From positions 22,551 through 86,550 of the forward strand of contig DATFRP010000196.1 in assembly GCA_035263125.1 (NCBI GenBank): DNA of 64,000 nucleotides, in the 5' to 3' direction. This document shows positions 26,650 to 35,285 of this stretch, one piece after another. Both the position numbers and the translations under genes were made by a program. Numbering within the stretch: the stretch's first letter is position 1; each line of letters begins with the position of its first letter. This stretch comes from Vicinamibacterales bacterium (GTDB taxonomy: Bacteria; Acidobacteriota; Vicinamibacteria; Vicinamibacterales; UBA2999). The notes beneath the pieces were generated by a model. The model had not been told where the DNA came from, made no database searches, and worked only from the letters and a program-made list of their open reading frames with translations.

Positions 26650-27201
26650 AATGCGGCGCTCATAAAGCTGGTTGAGCGCGTCGAGCAAAGAAGGTCGACG
26701 CGCCTCCATCGGTACGCCATCGCGTTTCCAGACCCGTCGCATTTCATCGGCCGTCGACATCCACTCGTCGAGATCCGACGGCAGCCACGCATCGAGCGCC
26801 TCACGCAGCAGCCCGGCCAGCGCGGGGGCACGGCCGTCGGTCGAAATCGCAAGCGTCACGCCGCTGCGCCGAACGACGCCGCCGGCGTACGCCGTCGCAT
26901 TCGAGGGATCATCGACGGCATTCACGAACACTCGCAGACGCTCCGCTGCCTCGAGTACTCGACGGTTCACTGGAGCAGGTGCGGCGGCAACGACGTACCA
27001 GGCCCCATCGAGATCACGCTCGACGAATTCGCGGCGCTCGAGCACGACGCCAGGCATATCGAGCTCGGATCGAATCTCGGGCGCCACGACAGTCACACGT
27101 GCGCCTTCCTCCAACAGACCGCGCAGCTTCCCTCCAGCCACACGTCCTCCCCCGACGAGGAGCACCTTCCGGCCGTGCAGTTTCAGAAACGCGGGATACA
27201 T
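26623..27201 (-). CDS. Precorrin-2 dehydrogenase / sirohydrochlorin ferrochelatase (siroheme synthase N-terminal domain type)
   Basis: MYPAFLKLHGRKVLLVGGGRVAGGKLRGLLEEGARVTVVAPE is the NAD-binding start of CysG-N/SirC/Met8-type enzymes. The last 8 codons (DSVGRACS) are supplied by the repeat at 26615-26649. Confidence 0.8.
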   Translation of the reverse strand: MYPAFLKLHGRKVLLVGGGRVAGGKLRGLLEEGARVTVVAPEIRSELDMPGVVLERREFVERDLDGAWYVVAAAPAPVNRRVLEAAERLRVFVNAVDDPSNATAYAGGVVRRSGVTLAISTDGRAPALAGLLREALDAWLPSDLDEWMSTADEMRRVWKRDGVPMEARRPSLLDALNQLYERRIDSVGRACS

Positions 27202-27205
27202 GACA

Positions 27206-28444
27206 TCACGCAGAGACCGCCTGCGGCCCGACGATCCGTTCGAAATCCGAGAGCTTGCGACCGATCGTGACCGGAGCCTCGACCCGGTCGCGCATCACTT
27301 CCGCCGTCTTGTATCCATTCCCCGTGATGCAGACCACGACCGACTCGTTCGGCTTGATCACGCCGCGCTTGACGAGCGCACGCGCCACCGCCAATGTGGT
27401 CCCGCCGGCCGGCTCGGTGAAGATGCCTTCAGTATTGGCCAGCAGGTTGATGGCATCGAGAATCTCGTCATCGCTCACCATCGCGCCGGTGCCGCCGGTC
27501 TCTTTCACGACCCTGACGACCTGGAAGCCATCAGCTGGATTGCCGATCGCCAGCGACTTGGCGATCGTGTTGGGCTTCACCGGTTCGGGGAAATCCAGTC
27601 CGGCTTCGAGTGCCTTCACCACGGGCGCCGATCCCGCCGGCTGCGCCGCATGAATCTTCGGGAGCGTGCCGCTGACGAGCCCGACTTCACGAAACTCGCG
27701 CAGGCCTTTGTAGATGCGCGGCAACAGCGTGCCCCCGGCCACCGGCGACACGATGTGATCGGGATAGCGCCATCCAAGCTGTTCGACGATCTCGAAGCCC
27801 ATCGACTTGGCGCCTTCGGCGTAATAGGCGCGCAGGTTGATGTTGGCAAACCCCCATCCGTACCGATCCGCAATCTCGGTGCACAGCCTGTTCACATCGT
27901 CGTAGTTGCCCTCGACGGCGACGACGTGCGGACGATAGATCGCGGCGCCCAGAATCTTGGCCGGCTCGAGATCGTGCGGGATGAAGACGTAGCATGGCAG
28001 CCCGAGGCGTGCCGCGTGCGCCGCCACGCTGCCGGCGAGATTGCCGGTGGACGCGCAACCGAAGACCGGGAAACCGAATTCAGCCGCCTTGGTGGCCGCG
28101 ACCGAGACGACACGATCCTTGTAGGAAAACGTCGGATGGTTGACCGAGTCGTCCTTGATGTACAGCTCGGCGAGTCCCAGTTCACGAGCCAGACGCGTGG
28201 CGCGGACGAGCGGAGTGAATCCCGAATGGAATCCCGTGCGAGGCTCCTGGACCGGAAGCAGTTCCTGATACCGCCAGATCGATCGGGACCGGGACTCGAC
28301 GACGTCACGAGTCATCACGTTGCGAATCGCCTCGTAGTCGTATGACACCTCGAGCGGACCGAAACACTCGCCGCACACGTAACTCGCCTTGGGTTCGTAT
28401 CGTGTGCCGCACTCGTGGCAGGTCAGTCCGACGACGAATCTCAT
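27206..28444 (-). CDS. thrC: Threonine synthase
   Basis: N-terminal zinc-ribbon-like CHECG...CGEC, and a PLP lysine context HPTFSYKDR, with the overall length of the long ThrC class. Confidence 0.85.
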   Translation of the reverse strand: MRFVVGLTCHECGTRYEPKASYVCGECFGPLEVSYDYEAIRNVMTRDVVESRSRSIWRYQELLPVQEPRTGFHSGFTPLVRATRLARELGLAELYIKDDSVNHPTFSYKDRVVSVAATKAAEFGFPVFGCASTGNLAGSVAAHAARLGLPCYVFIPHDLEPAKILGAAIYRPHVVAVEGNYDDVNRLCTEIADRYGWGFANINLRAYYAEGAKSMGFEIVEQLGWRYPDHIVSPVAGGTLLPRIYKGLREFREVGLVSGTLPKIHAAQPAGSAPVVKALEAGLDFPEPVKPNTIAKSLAIGNPADGFQVVRVVKETGGTGAMVSDDEILDAINLLANTEGIFTEPAGGTTLAVARALVKRGVIKPNESVVVCITGNGYKTAEVMRDRVEAPVTIGRKLSDFERIVGPQAVSA

Positions 28445-29445
28445 ACCGCTCTCCCTACGACGTCCTCTACGCCAACGCCGTGATGGACCTTCAGCGCTCG
28501 CACAGTCGCCTTCACACCACCGCGTTCGTACATCGAGGCGAGCATCTGCTCGACCCGCTCGACATCCTGCCGCGCAAGCACCGCGACCGATGGGCCGGCG
28601 CCCGACAGGAACGCCCCGAGCACGGCGGGATCGTCGATCGCCAGAACCTCAGCGAGCATCGGCACCATCGACGCACGCGCCGATTGATGCCAGCGATCCT
28701 TGACCGCCTCGCGGACGTGATGCCATTCGCTGTGCTGCAGCGCATGGACCAGCAGCAGCGCGCGCTGAAGATTGAAGATCGCGTCAGCGCGCGGTACCGC
28801 CGGAGGCAGTGCCGCTCGAGCCGTTGCCGTCGCGAGGCCGATCGCCGGCGTCGCCACGACCAGTCGCAGGTCCTCGGGCCACGACCATCGAATCGCGCGG
28901 GGATGCTCCCCATCCACCTGTACGACCGACGTCAATCCGCCAAACAACGCCGGCGCCGCGTTGTCGGCGTGTCCTTCCATCGCCGTCGCGACCGCGAGCA
29001 GCACCCCATCATCGAGCGCGCCATCATCGAGAGCGGCACCATCGCGCATCGCGCTCACTCGCTCGAACACGCGGAGGCCGGCCACCGTCGCCGCCGCGCT
29101 GCTGCCAAGACCCGCCGCCATCGGAATGTCGCTCGACACGTCGACGGACACGGTCGGCATTCGCGTCCCGGTGCGCTGGACCATCGCGTCAAACGCCCGC
29201 TCGAGTGCGTTCTGTCCTCGAACTGGCGGTGTGCTCTGAACGACGGTCAATCGACTACCGCCGTCATCGCGGACGTCGACGATCCGCGTCCGGAGGTACA
29301 CCTGGACGGCGACACCAATCGTGTCGAAACCACCGCCCAGATTTGCCACTGACCCGGGAACGACGACGTCCGAGATCTTCGTCGCGTCCATCGCCGGGGC
29401 TGCACCCGCCGGCTTGACCGGTTCGATCGCTGACAAACGAGTCAC
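28441..29445 (-). CDS. thrB: Homoserine kinase
   Basis: GHMP kinase motifs VPGSVANLGGGFD and IPMAAGLGSSAAATVAG. Start is ambiguous: GTG 29445 is preceded by GGGGAAAAC, and alternatives are TTG 29460 and ATG 29391. There is a 4-nt overlap with thrC. Confidence 0.85.
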   Translation of the reverse strand: MTRLSAIEPVKPAGAAPAMDATKISDVVVPGSVANLGGGFDTIGVAVQVYLRTRIVDVRDDGGSRLTVVQSTPPVRGQNALERAFDAMVQRTGTRMPTVSVDVSSDIPMAAGLGSSAAATVAGLRVFERVSAMRDGAALDDGALDDGVLLAVATAMEGHADNAAPALFGGLTSVVQVDGEHPRAIRWSWPEDLRLVVATPAIGLATATARAALPPAVPRADAIFNLQRALLLVHALQHSEWHHVREAVKDRWHQSARASMVPMLAEVLAIDDPAVLGAFLSGAGPSVAVLARQDVERVEQMLASMYERGGVKATVRALKVHHGVGVEDVVGRAV

Positions 29446-29499
29446 GTTTTCCCCGGTCAAGACGGCCCGCCCGCGCGGAGCACGGGCAAGAAATACTGC

Positions 29500-29576
29500 A
29501 ACCCTGGCGAGGCGGAGCCGAACCCCGACGCTCGAGGTCGGAAGCTTGCGGCCTGAGGCTCCGTCTCGCCAGGGTT
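29500..29576. other. Long imperfect hairpin (20-bp arms) with nested inner hairpin in the hom-thrB spacer
   Basis: aaccctggcgaggcggagcc (29500-29519) pairs with ggctccgtctcgccagggtt (29557-29576). There is one non-Watson-Crick position, G:T on the plus strand. An inner ccgac-gctcgag-gtcgg hairpin lies at 29525-29541. Confidence 0.7.
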
Positions 29577-29600
29577 AAGTGACACGAAACAAAAACGATA

Positions 29601-30869
29601 TCACGAATCAGCACCAACGAGCATCGGGAGCGCCAATGGGGCTTCGGCATGCCAGGTTGCACGCCCGATCTCGTCGAGGGCGGCCCCCAGCGCCACCTCT
29701 TCGCACGGCTCGACTGTGATGACAAATGGAAGCCGGTCTTTGGGATAGCCCGGTTCCTGCAGCAGCGCATCGACATTCACATCCTGCTTGGCCAGGGCCG
29801 CTGCAATCGTGGCGAGAATGCCGGAACGGTCGTGCACGATGAAGCGCAGGTAATAGGGCATCGCCGCGGGAGCGACGATCGTGCCCGGACGCCACTGCTC
29901 TGTCTCGCTTGGCGCCCCTCCGGCCGTGAGGGCCAGAAGGTCGGAGACAACCGCGACCGCAGTCGCAGGGCCACCGGCACCCGCGCCGCTGAAGCTGCTC
30001 TCCCCACCGTACTTTCCGAAGATGCTGACGATGTTGTTGGCGCCTTCGTTACGACCGAAGGCCGAATGCTGGGGCACGAGCACCGGCCCGACCTTGGCGT
30101 AGAACCCCGAATCACGCGTCTGCGCCTGCGAGACCTGTCGAATCGTGCAGCCCAGTCGACGCGCGTATTGAAAGTCGGCGCTCGAGATCGGTCGAATCGA
30201 TCGCGTCGGAATCTCAGAAGCCTTCAAATGCCGATGAAACGCGATGCCCGCCAGCACCACCAGCTTTGCCGCGGCGTCATGCCCGTCGACGTCGGCACTT
30301 GGATCGGCTTCGGCGTAACCGAGACGCTGCGCGTCGGCGAGCACGACATCCATCCCCTCGCCGGTCGACGACATGCGGCTCAGGATGTAGTTGCACGTTC
30401 CGTTGAGAATGCCGGCGACGCCGACCAGGCAGTCGCCCGATAGTCCTTCCCGTACTCCGTGAATCAGCGGCACACCGCCGCCGACGGCCGCCTCGAATCG
30501 CAACTGCACGCCGCGTCTCGCGGCCGCGAGCAGCAGCTCGGGCGCGTGCGCCGCGAGGAGCATCTTGTTCGCGCTGACGACTGACGCCCCCTGCTCGATG
30601 GCGCGCGTGACCCATTGACGCGCGGGTTCGACACCGCCGACGACTTCGACCACGACATCCGGTCGCGCAGTGAGCACCTCATCGAAGTCCTCGGTCCAGA
30701 CCACGTCGGGCGTGAGCCAGCTCGCGCGCTTGCGCGAGACGCCGCGATTGAACACGTGCGTGAGACGCAATCGATCGGCGAGCTCCGGCCGTTCGACCAG
30801 GATTCGAGCCACTGAGGACCCGACGGTGCCGAACCCGAGGAGCGCAACGGTGAGAGGCTGACGAGGCAT
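29601..30869 (-). CDS. hom: Homoserine dehydrogenase
   Basis: N-terminal Rossmann LTVALLGFGTVGSSVARIL, a central homoserine dehydrogenase catalytic region, and a C-terminal ACT-like domain (YYLRFIVHDRSGILATIAAALAKQDVNV). Confidence 0.9.
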   Translation of the reverse strand: MPRQPLTVALLGFGTVGSSVARILVERPELADRLRLTHVFNRGVSRKRASWLTPDVVWTEDFDEVLTARPDVVVEVVGGVEPARQWVTRAIEQGASVVSANKMLLAAHAPELLLAAARRGVQLRFEAAVGGGVPLIHGVREGLSGDCLVGVAGILNGTCNYILSRMSSTGEGMDVVLADAQRLGYAEADPSADVDGHDAAAKLVVLAGIAFHRHLKASEIPTRSIRPISSADFQYARRLGCTIRQVSQAQTRDSGFYAKVGPVLVPQHSAFGRNEGANNIVSIFGKYGGESSFSGAGAGGPATAVAVVSDLLALTAGGAPSETEQWRPGTIVAPAAMPYYLRFIVHDRSGILATIAAALAKQDVNVDALLQEPGYPKDRLPFVITVEPCEEVALGAALDEIGRATWHAEAPLALPMLVGADS

Positions 30870-30914
30870 GGGCTCTACAGTTTATAAGGTGCCGGGCTGT
30901 GGAAGAATGAAAGG

Positions 30915-31841
30915 GTGACAGAGACGCCGTTCACCATCGGCATCATTCAGGACCACGCGACGGACAACGTTCCCGAGAACGTCGAGCGGGCCGAACGGCT
31001 GATTCGCGACGCGGTGGGTCGCGGGGCGCAGATCGTGTGCCTGAAGGAGCTGTTCAACGGCCCGTATTTCTGCAAGTCGCAGCAGAGTGATCGTTTCGAC
31101 CTGTCCGAGCCGATTCCGGGGCCGACGACCGATGCCATGCAGCGCATTGCCCGCGAGCTCGAGATCGTCCTCGTGGTGCCGCTGTTCGAACGGCAGGCGC
31201 CCGGGGTGTATCGCAACTCCGCGGCCGTGATCGACGCCGACGGCTCGATCCTCGGCGTGTATCGGAAGATGCACATCCCGGACGATCCGCTGTTCTACGA
31301 GAAGTACTACTTCACGCCCGGAGAATCTGCCGCTGACGAACGCGCGACCGCGACCCGTCTGGATGCGGGCGGATTCACCGTGTGGAAGACGCGATACGCC
31401 ACGATCGGCGTCCTCATCTGCTGGGACCAGTGGTACCCCGAGGCCGCGCGGATTACGTCGCTGCTGGGCGCACAGGTGCTGTTCTATCCCACGGCGATCG
31501 GCTGGCATCCCGCGGAGAAGGACGAATGGGGTCAGGCGCAGGTCGATGCGTGGCGCACGATGCAGCGCGCACACGCCATCGCCAACGGCGTGTATGTCGC
31601 CTCGCCCAATCGCATTGGACACGAGCCCGAGCCGGGCACGAACGGTCTGACATTCTTCGGCCACTCGTTCATTGCGGATCCGTTCGGGCGGCTGGTGGCA
31701 GACGCAGGTGAATCGGAAGAAGTCCTCGTGGCTACGTGCGATCCTGCGTTGATCGAGAACGTGCGGCGCAACTGGCCGTTCCTGCGCGATCGTCGTGTCG
31801 ATGCGTACGGTCCGATTCTGAACCGGTATTTGGGTTCATAG
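30915..31841 (+). CDS. aguB: N-carbamoylputrescine amidase (nitrilase/CN-hydrolase superfamily)
   Basis: The CN-hydrolase E-K-C triad context (CLKELFNGPYF...; VYRKMHIPDDP; IGVLICWDQWYPE), and its pairing with agmatine deiminase downstream. GTG start at 30915. Confidence 0.8.
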   Translation: MTETPFTIGIIQDHATDNVPENVERAERLIRDAVGRGAQIVCLKELFNGPYFCKSQQSDRFDLSEPIPGPTTDAMQRIARELEIVLVVPLFERQAPGVYRNSAAVIDADGSILGVYRKMHIPDDPLFYEKYYFTPGESAADERATATRLDAGGFTVWKTRYATIGVLICWDQWYPEAARITSLLGAQVLFYPTAIGWHPAEKDEWGQAQVDAWRTMQRAHAIANGVYVASPNRIGHEPEPGTNGLTFFGHSFIADPFGRLVADAGESEEVLVATCDPALIENVRRNWPFLRDRRVDAYGPILNRYLGS

Positions 31842-32091
31842 AATCGTTCTCCGCTTGTGTTGTTCATCGTGAGTCATTTCTCGCGGGTCCTGTCGCCGGG
31901 TCTCCCCGCCCGTCCTCGGCGCCAAGGGCACTGTCACGGGTACGAAAAGACGGATCACGGAGAAGGCGCCTGCGCGGCGGGCGGGGATGCCCCACCCGGC
32001 GCCACCCGCTCGACGCGGCAACGAGCTTTTCAACCCACGCTCTCCAGACGAACGGATAAACACACTCTGTGCCTCCGTGCCGTGGTTCGTT

Positions 32092-33153
32092 GTGAGTGAC
32101 GAACCTTCGAACGCGCTTCGCATGCCCGCGGAGTGGGAGCGGCACCGCGCGACGTGGATTAGCTGGCCGCACCACGAGCCCGACTGGCCGGGCAAGCTTG
32201 GAGCGATCCCGTGGGTCTATGCCGAGATCGCGCGAGTGCTCGCTGACCACGAGCCGGTCGAGATTCTCTGTCACTCCAAGGACGTGCGCGCCTCGGCGCG
32301 TGCGGCGCTCGACGCCCACGGCGTGCGAGCGGATCGCATACGGCTGCACGTCGTGCCCACCGATCGGGTCTGGCTGCGCGATTCCGGGCCGATCGGTGTG
32401 ATCGACCTCGACGGTCGCGTTCAGCTGATTTCGTGGGCATTCAACGCGTGGGCGAAGTACGACAACTGGTCGCAGGATGCCGGTGTCGGCCGGGCAGTGG
32501 CAGCCATCACAGGGTTGCGCGTGATCGAGCCTCGCCGCGAAGACACCGACGAGCGCATCGTTCTCGAGGGTGGCGGGATCGAGGTCAATGGAGCCGGGTC
32601 GCTCCTGGTGACCGAAGAATGGCTCTTGAGCGGCACCCAGGTTCGCAATCCCGGAATGACGCGCGAGGACTACGAACGGATCTTCGCGCAGTGGCTCGGC
32701 GTCTCCCGAACGATCTGGCTCGGCGAGGGCTGTGTGGGCGACGACACACACGGCCACATCGACGACATCGCCCGTTTCGTCGACCGCGACACCATCGTTC
32801 TGGCGGTCGAACGCGATCCGCAGGATGACAATCACGCGCGATCAATGGACAACCTCCGACGACTCGAGCTGGCATCGTGTCAGCCCGGCCTCGCCCCGTT
32901 TCGCATCGTCACACTCCCCTTCCCGCGCGCGGTGATGATGAAGGGCGAACGCCTGCCAGCAAGCTACGCGAACTTCTATATCGCCAACGGGGTCGTGATC
33001 GTGCCGACCTTCAACGACGCCAACGATCGCATGGCGCTCAACACGATCGCCGAGCTGATGCCTTCACGTCGCGTGGTGGGAATTCATGCAGTCGACCTGG
33101 TCTGGGGATTGGGCACGCTGCACTGTTTAACGCAACAAGAACCCGCAGTGTAG
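32092..33153 (+). CDS. aguA: Agmatine deiminase
   Basis: RMPAEWERHRATWISWPH..., ...TEEWLL...NPGMTRED.E, GDDTHGHIDD.ARF and the C-terminal catalytic GTLHCLTQQEP are PAD_porph/agmatine deiminase signatures. The start is either GTG 32092 or ATG 32122. Confidence 0.85.
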   Translation: MSDEPSNALRMPAEWERHRATWISWPHHEPDWPGKLGAIPWVYAEIARVLADHEPVEILCHSKDVRASARAALDAHGVRADRIRLHVVPTDRVWLRDSGPIGVIDLDGRVQLISWAFNAWAKYDNWSQDAGVGRAVAAITGLRVIEPRREDTDERIVLEGGGIEVNGAGSLLVTEEWLLSGTQVRNPGMTREDYERIFAQWLGVSRTIWLGEGCVGDDTHGHIDDIARFVDRDTIVLAVERDPQDDNHARSMDNLRRLELASCQPGLAPFRIVTLPFPRAVMMKGERLPASYANFYIANGVVIVPTFNDANDRMALNTIAELMPSRRVVGIHAVDLVWGLGTLHCLTQQEPAV

Positions 33154-33279
33154 GCCGGGCTTGTTCTATAAGCCCGGCGTCCCGATCGCTACGCGCTATC
33201 TGGTTGCGACCTTGGAGGCGTCACAAACGCCCGAGTAGCTGAACGCCGGGCTTGAAGAACAAGCCCGGCCTACACTGTC
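33146..33279. repeat. Inverted pair of the 35-nt hairpin-plus-tail unit between convergent aguA and TonB-receptor stops
   Basis: The left copy at 33146-33180 (cagtgtaggccgggctt-gttctat-aagcccggcgt) is the reverse complement of the right copy at 33245-33279 (gccgggctt-gaagaac-aagcccggc-ctacactgtc). The aguA TAG stop (33151-33153) lies inside the left copy. Confidence 0.85.
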
Positions 33280-33281
33280 CG

Positions 33282-35090
33282 TTAGCGCGTACCAACGGCG
33301 AGCGAAATCGCGACCGCTGCACCAGGCATCGCGACGCCGGCGACCTCCTGATAGTCCGCATCGAGCAAGTTGGTTCCATCGACGCGCACCTCGAACGTTC
33401 GAGACAACTGTCTTGCGATACGCGTGTCGAGCAGCACGTAATCGAGCGTGCCGGCCGATCGCGAGCGGTACCGATATTCGACGCGCGGAGCGATGCGGAA
33501 CGCACCCGGCAGCGGCAGCGATGCCGCGGCCGTGAATGAGTGCGGCGCGTAGTCGAGCACGTACTTCGACAGCTGATCGACCGGCGCCGCATCGAGATTG
33601 AGCTCGGCGTACTCGGCCTGCACGAAGGCGCCTCCCGCAAAGCTTCTTCGCGCGCCAAATTCCACGCCGATCGTGTCGACGCGTCGGATGTTGTAGGTCA
33701 TCCAGCGATCGGCGACGGTCGGCCGCAGCCAGTCGATCACGTTGCGATCGGCGCGACCGAAGAGCGTGGTCTGAATCGTCCAACCACCCGGCGCGAGGAC
33801 ATCGACACCGCCTTCACCAGCCCACGCGGTTTCGGGGCCGACTTCAGGCCGCGCGAGATTCGCCGGATCCGAGTAGTAGCGCTCGGTGAACGTCGGCACC
33901 CGGAACGCCCTCCCGGCGCTCGCGCGCAGACGAACGCGTGGAGCGGCCCACCATCCCACGCCGAGTGACGGACTCCACGATGTGCCGAACTCGTTGTAGC
34001 GATCGACACGAAGCGTGGCATCCGCTTGTACGCGTCGACCGAGCTCGCCACGCCATTCGCCGAACGCGCTGACGCGCGTCATCGCGTGATCGCCCAGATT
34101 GGTCGAGCGAATCCAGTCGCCTCCGCCCTCGAGGCCGACGGTCACCGTACCGTTGCTGCCAGCACGATGCGCGCCGCTCGCCCCCGCGAGGACCGCATGC
34201 GTGCGATGCAGGTTGTCTGACAACGCGGGGTTGAGCTCGTTGAAGATGAAGTGGTCGCCGTGTGTGCGATACGACGAGGTTCCGGTGATGCTCCACCCTG
34301 CGACGTCGGCAAACCGGTGATCGGCGCTCACGAGTGTCTGATTCGTCCACTCACGCGAGGGGGCGTTGCCCCCGTAGAAATTGTTGGCGCCGAAACCTTT
34401 CCAGAGATACGAGACGGCCACACTCGATCGATCGCCGATCGACGTGCGCGATCGGACGATGCTCGTCTTGAAATCGCGATCGTCCATGAACCCGGACGAT
34501 CGATCCGCGGACACTGCCAGTGACTCGCGGAGCTGGCCGCGCTCGAAGCCGCCATCGGCGCGCCCGCTGACCAGACCGAAGCTGCCGCCCTGGACGACCA
34601 GCGACGGCTCCTGCGTGCGCCTGGTCACGATGTTGATCGTGCCGCCGAAGGCATCTGCGCCGAAGAGCGACGAGTCGGGACCATAGAGGATCTCGATCCG
34701 CTCGACCGCGTCGAGGGGCACGGGGATATCGCCATTGTGATGGCCCGACTGCGCATCGTTCAGTCGCACGCCGTCGACCAGCACCAGCATCTGTCCGAAC
34801 GTCGCGCCGCGGACGGCAAAGTCGCTCTGGACCCCGCGGACCCCGCGCGCCCGCACGTCCACGGAGGCAGCCAGCCGCAACGCGTCGGCGATCGACTCGA
34901 CCGGCAGGAGGGCGATCTGCTCACGCGTGATCACCGTCATCGTGCGCGTCACGCTCCCCAACTCCACGGGGCGCGCCGCCGCAGTCACGACGATCGTCTG
35001 GCGGAACCCCTCCTGCGCGCCCACCGGGGACGCCGCCAGGAGCAAGACCAGCACGCCCTGGATCAGCTCATGACTCCGAACCGTTCGCAT
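33282..35090 (-). CDS. TonB-dependent outer-membrane receptor (~600 aa, plug + 22-strand barrel class)
   Basis: Signal peptide; a TonB-box-like QTIVVTA; a plug region (VESIADALRLAASVDVRARG...VLVDGVRLND...ERIEILYGPDSSLFGADAFGGTINIVT). Start taken at MRTVRS (ATG 35090). Confidence 0.8.
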   Translation of the reverse strand: MRTVRSHELIQGVLVLLLAASPVGAQEGFRQTIVVTAAARPVELGSVTRTMTVITREQIALLPVESIADALRLAASVDVRARGVRGVQSDFAVRGATFGQMLVLVDGVRLNDAQSGHHNGDIPVPLDAVERIEILYGPDSSLFGADAFGGTINIVTRRTQEPSLVVQGGSFGLVSGRADGGFERGQLRESLAVSADRSSGFMDDRDFKTSIVRSRTSIGDRSSVAVSYLWKGFGANNFYGGNAPSREWTNQTLVSADHRFADVAGWSITGTSSYRTHGDHFIFNELNPALSDNLHRTHAVLAGASGAHRAGSNGTVTVGLEGGGDWIRSTNLGDHAMTRVSAFGEWRGELGRRVQADATLRVDRYNEFGTSWSPSLGVGWWAAPRVRLRASAGRAFRVPTFTERYYSDPANLARPEVGPETAWAGEGGVDVLAPGGWTIQTTLFGRADRNVIDWLRPTVADRWMTYNIRRVDTIGVEFGARRSFAGGAFVQAEYAELNLDAAPVDQLSKYVLDYAPHSFTAAASLPLPGAFRIAPRVEYRYRSRSAGTLDYVLLDTRIARQLSRTFEVRVDGTNLLDADYQEVAGVAMPGAAVAISLAVGTR

Positions 35091-35285
35091 CGACTCATGC
35101 CCTCCATTGATGCGCCTCGAGGTCTCTCCCGGAGGCCGCGCGCACAATTTTCCTTTTTTTTGACGGCTTCCGGCCGCGATATTGCGTGGGGAGGAGGCCC
35201 GAAAGCCCGTTGCGGAAAGGGCCGCCAGCGACTTATCATCCGCGGCGTCAGAGCGGGTCCGGCCAATTCTCTCAGGGAGGCAGGA

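Noticed and set aside
26672-28345. 557-aa plus-strand ORF antisense to the sirC-like gene and thrC
   Set aside because: It is a shadow ORF with a low-complexity Arg/Ser/Ala-rich translation. The opposite strand encodes unmistakable ThrC and SirC-like proteins.
31936-31960. Four ACGR motifs (ACGG, ACGA, ACGG, ACGG) next to agmatine-pathway genes, reminiscent of guanidine-II (mini-ykkC) riboswitch loops
   Set aside because: None of the four motifs is closed by the complementary GC stems that define mini-ykkC hairpins; I checked the flanks by hand. The resemblance is limited to the tetranucleotide.
35091-35280. Possible cobalamin riboswitch upstream of the ~600-aa TonB receptor on the minus strand (CUGACGCCGCGG...UAAG and GGGAGAGACCUCG vaguely resemble the core and the B12 box)
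   Set aside because: The matches are partial and contain indels. The element would have to start inside the RBS and coding start of the divergent receptor 1 gene. I cannot build the conserved helices by eye. cmsearch with RF00174 would be decisive; a bit score above the gathering threshold would revive the idea.
34737-35285. 183-codon 5' extension of the receptor 1 ORF given by the ORF track
   Set aside because: The extension overlaps the minus-strand TonB receptor gene and the intergenic region and is Arg/His-rich nonsense. A signal peptide with an RBS starts at 35286.
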